DNA from: an uncultured Eubacteriales bacterium
Lineage (GTDB): Bacteria > Bacillota > Clostridia > Oscillospirales > Oscillospiraceae
Assembly: GCA_958402445.1 (NCBI GenBank)
Contig: CATXTO010000003.1
Location: forward strand, 81,569-145,568
DNA: 64,000 nucleotides
Direction: 5' to 3'
The stretch's first letter is position 1. Each line of letters starts with the position of its first letter. Position numbers and translations under genes: made by a program. This document shows, one piece after another, positions 1 through 8,123 of the stretch. Below the pieces are notes generated by a model. It ran no database searches. It was not told where the DNA came from and was given only the letters and a program-made list of their open reading frames with translations.

Positions 1-1009
1 CAATGGACAGGGCGACTAGGGCCAGGTTGATGGCACAGACAATGCTCATTTCAAAAAAGCCTCGGCGCGCGTATTCCGCCATAGTGTAGCCGGAAGGTAA
101 AATTCCCTGGAACGCGCTAAAAAAATAGGCCAATTGAGAGAACAGGTACAGGAGATAGAAAAAGGAGATGGCGGAGAGAAAGGCGTGGAGGGTGATGGGG
201 GAAAAGCCGCCGCGACGGCTGCGCTTCTCCGGCTCCTCCATATGGGCGCGGCCCAGTACCACGCCGCGGGCGTAGAGGGGCAAAAAAAGCAGTGCTCCAA
301 AGAGAAGCGTGACCAAGAACTCCGACGCATCGGCAAGAAAGGTGCGGCGAATCAATCCTTCAAAAGCGGCGTCCGATTGCATCAGCAGGGGCAGGAGGAC
401 TGCCAGCGCGGGGACGGCCAGCAGCAGGCCCAGCAAAACGCCGCCCCATTTCCGCTTGTGCGTCCCATGCTCGGTCTGCTGGGAAAACAGGCCGCGCAGA
501 CAGGCGGATATCTCAGGATATGGAAGGGAAAAGCCAGACCGCCCCGCGTCCAACAGGGAGGCAAAGCTGTTGTCTTCCCGGCGGCCTACGCCGGTAAGCC
601 GGCTCAGGCCCAGGAAGTAGACCAAAAGCGTCCATGGGAGCAGAAAAAACTTGACGAGATGGTCATCCATGCGGGCGAAGGCGGCGGAAAGCACCATGGC
701 GCCCACCAGGCAGATCAGGCCATAGGCGTTCCAGTGCACGCCGGTTCTCAAAAGATAAATGAAGGTTGCAAGCATGATGCAGAGAGCGCCAATGGCGTAG
801 CCCAATCGGAAGCCGCCATAGACCGTAAAATTCACAGCCATGCAGGAGAGGATCACCATGACCAGGGCAAAGCCCAATTCCCGGCGCCCGGCGGGTATGA
901 TTCTGCGGCCAACCGCAGGCGTGGCAGCCCAGTGCACCGGCTGCGGCTCCGCTGGCTCCTCGGATCCGGTGGTTTCAAAAATATTGTTTTCATAAGGACT
1001 GCGGCTCAT
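1..1009 (-). CDS. DUF4173-family membrane protein (partial, runs off the left edge)
   Basis: Read manually from ATG at 1009, which overlaps the upstream TGA (ATGA): MSRSPYENNIF..., multiple TM segments, ...LLPLLMQSDAAFEGLI... This is the usual third gene after DUF2975 and Xre. Confidence 0.75.
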   Translation of the reverse strand, partial: MSRSPYENNIFETTGSEEPAEPQPVHWAATPAVGRRIIPAGRRELGFALVMVILSCMAVNFTVYGGFRLGYAIGALCIMLATFIYLLRTGVHWNAYGLICLVGAMVLSAAFARMDDHLVKFFLLPWTLLVYFLGLSRLTGVGRREDNSFASLLDAGRSGFSLPYPEISACLRGLFSQQTEHGTHKRKWGGVLLGLLLAVPALAVLLPLLMQSDAAFEGLIRRTFLADASEFLVTLLFGALLFLPLYARGVVLGRAHMEEPEKRSRRGGFSPITLHAFLSAISFFYLLYLFSQLAYFFSAFQGILPSGYTMAEYARRGFFEMSIVCAINLALVALSI

Positions 1010-1221
1010 TGCTCTTCCTCCTTCTTGTATTCCAGCAGGTCACCCGGCTGGCAGTCCAGGACGCGGCAAATGGCCTCCAGGGTACTGAAGCGCACCGCTT
1101 TGGCTTTGCCCGTTTTGAGAATGGAGAGGTTTGCTTGGGTAATGCCGATGCGTTCCGCCAGCTCCTGGGAGGACATGCGTCGTTTGGCCAGGATGACATT
1201 GAGATTGACCAGGATAGCCAA
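1006..1221 (-). CDS. Xre/Cro-like HTH transcriptional regulator (YozG-like)
   Basis: 71 aa, ELAERIGITQANLSILKTGKAKAVRFSTLEAICRVLDCQPGDLL; AGGAGG RBS. Confidence 0.92.
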   Translation of the reverse strand: MAILVNLNVILAKRRMSSQELAERIGITQANLSILKTGKAKAVRFSTLEAICRVLDCQPGDLLEYKKEEEQ

Positions 1222-1234
1222 GGCGTTGTCCCTC

Positions 1235-1681
1235 CTAAATCGTCAGGTCATGCTCCTCCCGCAGGATTGTAGCCGTCTCCATTACGTTGGCGACGACAGA
1301 AACAATCAGGCAGAGGAAGGCCATGATGACGGTGATGAATAGCAGAGGGGGATACTGCGTCCCGGCAAGGAGCGTAATGAGGCTGACCACGGCGCAGCAC
1401 CAAATTAAGCGCCGAATCAGCTGCACATTGGTTTGCAGGAATACCTGACCTACCCGGATGCGCAGCAGAAGCCGGTCTATGCTGAGTAACGCGTAAGCTG
1501 TGGGAAGAAAGCTGAGATAAAAGGCGACCAGGATCCAGGTTTCGCTCCGCTGCGGAAGAAGTCGCAGCCCCCCATACCAACCGACGGCTTTTGGCATAAA
1601 AATCGCCAGCGCCGCCAGAAGGCCCAGAATGATTCGGTCCGCCCAGAGGGAAATCGTGACGGATCTTGCATACTTTGGCAT
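1235..1681 (-). CDS. DUF2975-family membrane protein
   Basis: Four TM helices and C-terminal ATILREEHDLTI; ATG at 1681 with AGGAGG upstream; directly upstream of the YozG-like HTH. Confidence 0.88.
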   Translation of the reverse strand: MPKYARSVTISLWADRIILGLLAALAIFMPKAVGWYGGLRLLPQRSETWILVAFYLSFLPTAYALLSIDRLLLRIRVGQVFLQTNVQLIRRLIWCCAVVSLITLLAGTQYPPLLFITVIMAFLCLIVSVVANVMETATILREEHDLTI

Positions 1682-1704
1682 TGCAGCCACCTCCTGTTAT
1701 GGGG

Positions 1705-1765
1705 AGTATACAAAATTTTTTATTGAAAGTCAATAATTAATTTCTAACTATCAATAAATATTGAT
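1705..1765 (-). promoter_or_regulatory. Sigma-A promoter (TTGACT-17-TATACT) with two overlapping or adjacent palindromic operators
   Basis: TTATTGA-N3-TCAATAA at 1720-1736 overlaps the -35; ATCAATA-N2-TATTGAT at 1750-1765. Probable autoregulatory sites of the Xre protein. Confidence 0.7.
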
Positions 1766-1982
1766 TGATGTAAGGAAGCACCGGCCTGCGGTTGCGGGGA
1801 GCGGGCTTGGTCGGCGGGGTTCGGTGCGAAAGGACGGCGTTTTGCAAAATCGTTGCAATTTCGACGTCTCCATGGTACAATGAACCCAAAACCATATGCA
1901 TTTTGCATGGAAGGTGTCCGACGGAACAAAGGTGCCGGGCCTGGGCGAATGCAGGGACGACTGATGACAAGGGGGGACTCAG

Positions 1983-3713
1983 GTGCGGCGCGTGTTGTTG
2001 TTGCTGTTGTGCTGCGTTGTTCTGACGCTGGCAGGGCCTGGGGTCCAGGCGGCGAATTCGCTGTCTAGCTCGGCGGAGGTTGCCGCCAACGGCTCCTGTC
2101 AAATGGCGGTACAGTTGGAGCTTGTTCTGGACAAGCCTGTTCAAAAACTGGTTATTCCCCTGGGTGCTGGGGCGGAGAATGCGTCGGTCAATGGAAACCC
2201 GGTGAAAATCCGAAAGGTCGATGGCATGCCCGCCGTGGTGCTGGAGCAGGAGGCTGGTTTTACAGGCGCGCAGTCTATGACTGTGCGGTATACACTCCGG
2301 GACTGCGTTGGCCCCAAGACTGAGTGGAACCTGCAGCTCCCCATTTTGCCGGAGGGACTGGACTATCCGATTGAAAAGCTCACTTTTCAGGTGACTTTGC
2401 CCGGTGCTTTTTCCCAAACGCCCGTTTTCTCCAGCGGCTATTATGGTGAGGATATTGACAATTATATGACGGTATCCGTGACGGAAAACGTGATCTCCGG
2501 CTCCGTAGACGTGGCCCTTCGGGACCGGGAAACTCTGACGATGACCATGCACACGGACCCCGAGCTGTTCCCGCGGTGGGGAGAAACCGGCGCGACTTTG
2601 CGGTTTGACCGACTTGCCATGGCCCTGTGCGCCCTGGCGGCGCTGCTGTACTGGGTCCTGCGCTTGCGCTGGAGGCCGGTGAGCGTTACGCCTCAGACCC
2701 AGGTTCCCGTAGGCGTGGGGGCTGGAGAGGTCGGGAGCCGGCTGAAGGCGCAGAGTCCCGATTTAGCTTTAATGGCAGTCGCTTGGGCGCAAATGGGGTA
2801 TATCACCATTCACGTAAGCCAGGAGCGGGATGTGACCCTACATAAGCGTATGGACATGGGCAATGAGCGCAGCAGCTATGAGAACAAGGTCTTCCAGGCA
2901 GTATTTGGCCGGGGTCAGCTGGTGGATGCGGGTGGCCTGCGGTTTCAGCGCCTGAGAGAACAGGTGGATGCTTCCCGGCCCCGGGTCCGGGGGCAATTTA
3001 CTCGCCGCAGCGGCAATCCGTTCTGGCTGCGGCTTATGGGAGCTTCCGCCGGCCTGTTCGCCGGCATCGGTGTTGGGGACCTGCTGCTGCCGGTGATGAC
3101 GGCGCGCGCTTTGCCGTTGGCTTTGTTTGCGGCTGCCGGTGCGGCAGGGGCGTGGCTAATCCAGGGTGGCCCCCGGGGGCTTCTGAGCTGGAACCGGAGG
3201 CCCGGACTTGTTTCCGGCGGCGTTGCAGCCGGATATCTGCTGCTGGGACTCCTGGCCGGATGCGGTGGTCTGGTGTTTCTGTGCTGCCTGCTGCAGTTCG
3301 TTGTTGGCGGCCTCATCGTGTTTGGGGGACAGCGCAGTGATGCAGGGCGGCAGACGGTGCAGTCAATCCTGGGATTGCGGCGGTACCTGAAGACGGTGGA
3401 CCGCAAGCAGCTTCGGCGTATCCTGTCCCGAAATTCCGGGTATTACTACGATATGGCGCCTTACGCCCTGGCATTGGGGGTGGACCGTCGGTTTGCCAGC
3501 CGGTTTGAAACCATTCGCCTTCCAGCCTGCCCGTGGCTGGTGACGGATTTTCCCCAGGGAAACCGGGCTGAGGCATGGTATCCTTTGCTGCGGGAGATTA
3601 CGGCGATCCTGCGGGGCAAGCTGCCCCGATTACCTCGTGGGCAGCGGGAGCGCGCCAAGGTCCGGCGGCGGCCTGCCGCGGTTTCTGGAAGGAAGTCGGG
3701 CGGCGAATTGTAA
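1983..3713 (+). CDS. DUF2207-family membrane protein
   Basis: Signal peptide, extracellular domain, TM helices, C-terminal ILGLRRYL...YYYDMAPYALALGV. Confidence 0.82.
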   Translation: MRRVLLLLLCCVVLTLAGPGVQAANSLSSSAEVAANGSCQMAVQLELVLDKPVQKLVIPLGAGAENASVNGNPVKIRKVDGMPAVVLEQEAGFTGAQSMTVRYTLRDCVGPKTEWNLQLPILPEGLDYPIEKLTFQVTLPGAFSQTPVFSSGYYGEDIDNYMTVSVTENVISGSVDVALRDRETLTMTMHTDPELFPRWGETGATLRFDRLAMALCALAALLYWVLRLRWRPVSVTPQTQVPVGVGAGEVGSRLKAQSPDLALMAVAWAQMGYITIHVSQERDVTLHKRMDMGNERSSYENKVFQAVFGRGQLVDAGGLRFQRLREQVDASRPRVRGQFTRRSGNPFWLRLMGASAGLFAGIGVGDLLLPVMTARALPLALFAAAGAAGAWLIQGGPRGLLSWNRRPGLVSGGVAAGYLLLGLLAGCGGLVFLCCLLQFVVGGLIVFGGQRSDAGRQTVQSILGLRRYLKTVDRKQLRRILSRNSGYYYDMAPYALALGVDRRFASRFETIRLPACPWLVTDFPQGNRAEAWYPLLREITAILRGKLPRLPRGQRERAKVRRRPAAVSGRKSGGEL

Positions 3714-3825
3714 GGAAATCCAAGTCGAGCAGACCGCATTCCCCTGCGCGGCTATGGACCCTGTGGTGCATTGTTCTGCGGCGAAAATGCCGCCGATGCA
3801 GAACGATTAGGTACCGTATCTCTTT

Positions 3826-3878
3826 ACCAAGTTAAAATCCCTGCCGTGCCAAAGGCACGGCAGGGATTTTAACTTGGT
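3826..3878. terminator. Bidirectional terminator-like hairpin with a 25-bp perfect stem
   Basis: ACCAAGTTAAAATCCCTGCCGTGCC-AAA-GGCACGGCAGGGATTTTAACTTGGT between convergent genes. Confidence 0.75.
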
Positions 3879-3879
3879 C

Positions 3880-4824
3880 TCACGCTTTGGAGGTAGGGTC
3901 TCCTGCGGCGGCTTTCCGCTGGGCCAGGTACGCGGCGGCAAAGTGAGAGGCGGTGGCGCCGTCCGCCGCGGCGGTGACAATTTGCCGCATGGGCTTTGCA
4001 CGCAGGTCGCCCACCGCGAACACGCCCGGCACGTTGGTGCGAGTGGTTTCGTCCGCGACCACGTAACCCTGCTCGTCCAGTTTCACATGGCCGGCCACCA
4101 GCCCGGTCTCCGGCACCCGGCCAATGGCAACGAACAGGCCCGCGCAATCCAGGTCCCGGGTTTGGCCGCTGGCCCGGTCTAACAGGGTAAGGCTGGTGAG
4201 ATGGTCGGTCCCGTGTAATGCCTGAATCAAGGTTTGCGGATGGAAGATTACGTTGTCAGCCTGCTTTAGGGCCTGCTGGTAGCTGTGTTCCGCCCGGAGC
4301 ACGTCTCGGCGGTAGATTAAATGCACCTGTTTGCACAGGCGGGAGAGGGTGAGCGCGCCGCTGGCCGCGGAATTTCCGCCCCCGAACACGGTTACGGTCT
4401 TGCCGCGAAAGAACATCCCATCGCAGGCGGCGCAGTAAGAGATGCCCCGGCCCCGGAGCTCCTCCGCGCCGGGCAAATCCAGAGAACGGGGCAGTGCACC
4501 CATGGCTACAATGATGGCGCCGCCTGTAAAGGTGCCACCGTCCGTGGTTACGACTTTGGGGTCTGACTGAAGGTCCAGATCGGTTACCTGGGAGAAAATC
4601 GTGACGGCGCCAAATCGCTCCGCACCCTTCTGCATGTTTTGCGCCAGGGTGACGCCGTCAATTTCCAGAATCCCGGGGTAGTTTTCAATGAGAGGCGTGG
4701 TAGCCATCTGCCCGCCGGGTATGGTTTTCTCCAGCACTAGGGTTCGCAGCCCGTCCCGGACACAGTATAGCGCGGCGGCATAACCACCTGGCCCTCCGCC
4801 TATTACAATGACATCATAATCCAT
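3880..4824 (-). CDS. trxB: Thioredoxin-disulfide reductase
   Basis: GGGPGG FAD motif, CAAC redox centre, GGGNSA NADPH motif, TNVPGVFAVGD; start MDYDVIV at 4824 with GGAGG RBS. Confidence 0.93.
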   Translation of the reverse strand: MDYDVIVIGGGPGGYAAALYCVRDGLRTLVLEKTIPGGQMATTPLIENYPGILEIDGVTLAQNMQKGAERFGAVTIFSQVTDLDLQSDPKVVTTDGGTFTGGAIIVAMGALPRSLDLPGAEELRGRGISYCAACDGMFFRGKTVTVFGGGNSAASGALTLSRLCKQVHLIYRRDVLRAEHSYQQALKQADNVIFHPQTLIQALHGTDHLTSLTLLDRASGQTRDLDCAGLFVAIGRVPETGLVAGHVKLDEQGYVVADETTRTNVPGVFAVGDLRAKPMRQIVTAAADGATASHFAAAYLAQRKAAAGDPTSKA

Positions 4825-5188
4825 TTTTTTACGCCTCCCAAATTGAATCAATCCACAGGTCCTGCGTGTAGTATGCCCAGGTTTTGGCCCTGGGCATGCA
4901 GGCGGTGGACTAGCCGGCTGCGTTTGACCGAATACACCGCCTCGCATTGAGTACAGCCTTGCTCCGAGATCCTTTTTGCTCCGGGGGATACGGCGAAGGC
5001 GGCGGAGGAAAGCAAGAGGTTCCGCCAGTGGAAAGCTGAGCGGTACCCCAACGAGGGGGCAACCTGCGATCACCCGCGGGTCCTGCAAAGGGCTTTGGGC
5101 AGATAGAGCGTTTGCTTGCCAAGCGTGAGGAGCAAGCTTGTTTCAAGGGGTCACAGCATATCCTTGCGCAATAGATCCACAAAAAGAA

Positions 5189-5210
5189 AAAGCCGCCGAT
5201 TGGCGGCTTT
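5189..5210 (-). terminator. Intrinsic terminator after tRNA-Val(GAC)
   Basis: AAAGCCGCC/GGCGGCTTT stem followed by a T-run on the minus strand. Confidence 0.8.
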
Positions 5211-5212
5211 GT

Positions 5213-5288
5213 TGGTGGACGATAACGGACTCGAACCGCTGACCCTGCGCACGTCAAGCGCATGCTCTACCAGCTGAGCTAATCGTCC
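5213..5288 (-). tRNA. tRNA-Val (GAC)
   Basis: GGACGATTAGCTCAGCTGGTAGAGCATGCGCTTGACGTGCGCAGGGTCAGCGGTTCGAGTCCGTTATCGTCCACCA; cloverleaf with encoded CCA. Confidence 0.97.
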
Positions 5289-5301
5289 AAAAGCATGACT
5301 C

Positions 5302-5330
5302 ATTATAAAGGGTGCCGGACCGTTTGTCAA
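5302..5330 (-). promoter_or_regulatory. Sigma-A promoter of tRNA-Val(GAC)
   Basis: Consensus TTGACA-17-TATAAT. Confidence 0.9.
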
Positions 5331-5391
5331 CCCCGAATTTCCGGGCTTTCCGCGGTCCGGCGTCTGTACCCGTACGCCCGCTTCTGCAAAA

Positions 5392-5619
5392 TTAGACCCG
5401 GCGCTCAATGTAGCGGACCAACTCGGCCACGGTGGTGACGTCCTCCAGATCCTGGCGGCGCCAGGAGAAGGAAAGCTCCGCAGCCAGGGTTTCCACAACC
5501 TCGGCCAAGTCGGAACCGGTGAGTTCCAGATCCACCTGCAGGTCGGACTGCATGGTGATTTGCTCGGCGTCGCAGACCAGGGAATCCGCCAGCAAGTCCC
5601 GGATCAGTTCAAAGACCAA
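5392..5619 (-). CDS. Acyl-carrier-protein-like protein with a non-canonical Ppant motif
   Basis: 75 aa, acidic, ACP pattern (..EQITMQSDLQVDL..; ..DVTTVAELVRYIE); GGGAGG RBS; TTGCAT-17-TATACT promoter at 5653-5681. Confidence 0.75.
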   Translation of the reverse strand: MVFELIRDLLADSLVCDAEQITMQSDLQVDLELTGSDLAEVVETLAAELSFSWRRQDLEDVTTVAELVRYIERRV

Positions 5620-5797
5620 TTCACTCGCCTCCCGATGTGTGTTGCGGAACTTAGTATACTCGATTGCTACATGGGATGCAACCCCTAAATTCCAAATTTT
5701 GGGCAGGTCTTACAAATCTTGCAAAGCGGGTGCCCGCCGGAATCAGCCGGGAGGCTGTGCGGATTTCCGGCGGGCGGTATGCGCGCAATACAGGCCG

Positions 5798-7066
5798 TTA
5801 GGAAACGCTTTCTATGGTCTGCTGTACGAATTGCTCCATGATTTCCCCAGTGAGGGCGCTCTCTATATAACCAAATAGGTTGCCGTTTTCATCAATGAGG
5901 AAGGTGGTGGGAAAGGCCCGAATTCCATATTGTGCGAAGACGCCGCCGTCCTCATCCATCACCACGGGAAAGGAATATTTGTTCTCCGAGAGGAATGCGG
6001 CAATGTCTTCGGCGCTGCCCTCCTGGCCAACATTGGGGCCGGCCACGCCCAGGACGATCAAGTCCTCCTGGTTACTGCCGTACTTTTCATATAGGGCCTG
6101 AATCTCCGGCATTTCCCCCCGACAGGGAGAGCACCAGGTGGCCCAAAAGTTGAGAAACACGGTTTTCCCCTGGTAATCCGAAAGGGTGTGCGTTTCTCCG
6201 TTTTGATCGACCAACGTGAAGTCCGGCGCTGGTACGGGCTCCGACTCGTCCGTAGTTGGCTTCGTCTCAGCTTCCGGCTCCGTGGTAGGGACGGTGCGAT
6301 CTCCTGTCAGAGCGGACGGTTGGGTTCCCGGGTCTGAACTGCTAGGGGGAGAGCTAGTGCCCCCGTTCAAAACGCCGAACAGAGTCAGGATTCCCATGAG
6401 GATCAGCAGGGCGGCGCCGATTTTTACCGTATAACGTACGATGCCCTGATGCTGCTTAAAGAAGCTGAGTACCGCTCCGGTAAACAGGCCCACGGCCAAA
6501 AACGGCAGGATAAAGCCCAGGGTATATACGCCGATCAAGGCAAAGCCGGTCTCCGCGGTATTGGAGCTCCCAGCCATGAGTAGAACGCTGCCCAGAGTCG
6601 GTCCTACGCAGGGCGTCCAGGCAAAGCTGAAGGTAAAGCCCAGGAGAAAGGCTGGCAGAGGCCCCATCACCCAGCGGTCCAACTGGAAGGGAAGCCGGTG
6701 CTCTCGCTCCAAAAAACCGGGCTTGCCAAAAACGCCAAATTGGTAGATGCCCAGCAGGATCATGAGGATTCCGCTGACCCGGGCGAACCAGACGCGGCCA
6801 CTGCTGAAGAATTGGCCCAGAGCGGTAAAGCCGAGCCCCAGGATGAAAAAGGTGACGCTGATGCCCAAGGCGAAAAACAGAGTATTGAGCAAAATCTTTT
6901 TTCTGGGGTACCGAATGGCGCCGTCGGGGTCCACGGTGCGGAATCCGCCAGCCAGGTAGCTTACATACAGCGGGATGAGCGGAAGCACGCAGGGGGAGAA
7001 AAAGCTCAATAGGCCCTGGAGAAAAACGGTCAGGGCGGAGACACTGGTTTCCACGGTAAAGTTCAC
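5798..7066 (-). CDS. CcdA/DsbD-beta plus TlpA-type redoxin fusion (transmembrane electron transfer)
   Basis: FFSPCVLP and WTPCVGP CcdA cysteines, Pro/Thr linker, APDFTL...FWATWCSPC thioredoxin domain. Confidence 0.92.
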   Translation of the reverse strand: MNFTVETSVSALTVFLQGLLSFFSPCVLPLIPLYVSYLAGGFRTVDPDGAIRYPRKKILLNTLFFALGISVTFFILGLGFTALGQFFSSGRVWFARVSGILMILLGIYQFGVFGKPGFLEREHRLPFQLDRWVMGPLPAFLLGFTFSFAWTPCVGPTLGSVLLMAGSSNTAETGFALIGVYTLGFILPFLAVGLFTGAVLSFFKQHQGIVRYTVKIGAALLILMGILTLFGVLNGGTSSPPSSSDPGTQPSALTGDRTVPTTEPEAETKPTTDESEPVPAPDFTLVDQNGETHTLSDYQGKTVFLNFWATWCSPCRGEMPEIQALYEKYGSNQEDLIVLGVAGPNVGQEGSAEDIAAFLSENKYSFPVVMDEDGGVFAQYGIRAFPTTFLIDENGNLFGYIESALTGEIMEQFVQQTIESVS

Positions 7067-7175
7067 AAGGCAACCTTCCTTTCTTCGCTTAGGTTGTGTA
7101 CATCACGGGAGAATAACCGGATACCGATGGGGACGGGACGAAGTGTGACGATGGCAGATTCTAGACGAGTCGTTT

Positions 7176-7234
7176 TGTAACTAAATGTGTTACAGATATA
7201 ATGTAACTATACCATATACAATTAAGCTTGTCAA
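7176..7234 (-). promoter_or_regulatory. Sigma-A promoter (TTGACA-17-TATAGT) with a downstream TGTAAC-N7-GTTACA operator
   Basis: -35 at 7229-7234, -10 at 7206-7211, palindrome at 7176-7194 plus a third half-site at 7202-7207. Confidence 0.75.
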
Positions 7235-7406
7235 ATCCTTTTTTTAAATATGATCAGCGCGGACGCAGGAGATGGGAGGACTGGCAGTACGGCCACCTGT
7301 TTATCGCGACCTATCTGTAGAAAGAGGCGAGGCTTTTCTTATAAATGAAACCCAGGCGCCAAAGCTGCAGGCGCCCGGGTTTCATCGATTAAAGACAATA
7401 GAGTTT

Positions 7407-7835
7407 TTACCGGCTGCTGACACCGGAGCAAATTTCGCAGAATACTTCGGCTGCCTCCATGGCATACTCCGGTGCGTTGACCAAGTCCCCCAGGGTTACC
7501 ATGCCGCACAGGCGCCCGTTCTCCTCCACCGGGAGTCTGCGGACCTGCTCCCTGGCCATTTTCTCCGCGGCTGCGCTGAGATTCATATCGGCGCCTACTG
7601 TAACCACGCGGCCGGTCATGATGTGCCGGACCGGCGTTTTCTCCGGATCCCGATCCGCCGCCACGCAGCGCAGAACGATGTCCCGGTCTGTCACCATACC
7701 GCAGATTTTCCCGTCCTCGCCACAGACCGGCAGCGCGCCCACATTATAACGGGACAGCATCCGGGCTGCTACGGCGGCGGGTTCCTCCGGGCCCACCCGA
7801 ATTACCCGCGGAGTCATAACCTCTTTTACTTTCAT
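7407..7835 (-). CDS. Tandem CBS-domain protein (YhcV/YlbB-like)
   Basis: MKVKEVMT...VGALPV...GMVTDRDIV...VRRLPV...GMVTLGDL; GGAGG RBS. Confidence 0.92.
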   Translation of the reverse strand: MKVKEVMTPRVIRVGPEEPAAVAARMLSRYNVGALPVCGEDGKICGMVTDRDIVLRCVAADRDPEKTPVRHIMTGRVVTVGADMNLSAAAEKMAREQVRRLPVEENGRLCGMVTLGDLVNAPEYAMEAAEVFCEICSGVSSR

Positions 7836-7891
7836 GCTCTTGGCACCTCCCAAACTAGGCGGCGGCTGTCCAACCGGCGCCTTCCTGGTGG

Positions 7892-7921
7892 TATTATGGG
7901 AATTCCTGTTTCAAAATATAC
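7892..7921 (-). promoter_or_regulatory. Sigma-G-type promoter upstream of the CBS gene
   Basis: GTATA-18-CATAATA matches the B. subtilis sigma-G consensus GHATR-N18-CATxHTA. Confidence 0.6.
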
Positions 7922-8123
7922 CCCTTGTCCGGCGCCGGAAGGGCGGAAGACCGCCTCATGCGTTCCCATTCCGGGATGCTTTGGACAATATGCCGGCAGT
8001 GTCCCAAATTTATACACTGGGGCGTCAATGCCCAAATTTTGGGCGCGGGCCGTTTTTTGCCCCTTTTCGGAGTCGGGCCTGCGCCGTAAAATGCAGGAGG
8101 AAACGGTTTTTAGGAGGCATACG

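Noticed and set aside
134..1342. 402-aa plus-strand ORF and other long antisense ORFs (e.g. 58816-60198, 57809-58756, 10262-11245)
   Set aside because: Shadow frames of well-supported opposite-strand genes in GC-rich DNA.
7272..8123. N-terminal extensions given by the ORF track for MMPL (also trxB, pyrD, amidohydrolase)
   Set aside because: They overlap other genes or promoters; downstream starts with clear RBSs fit the family lengths.
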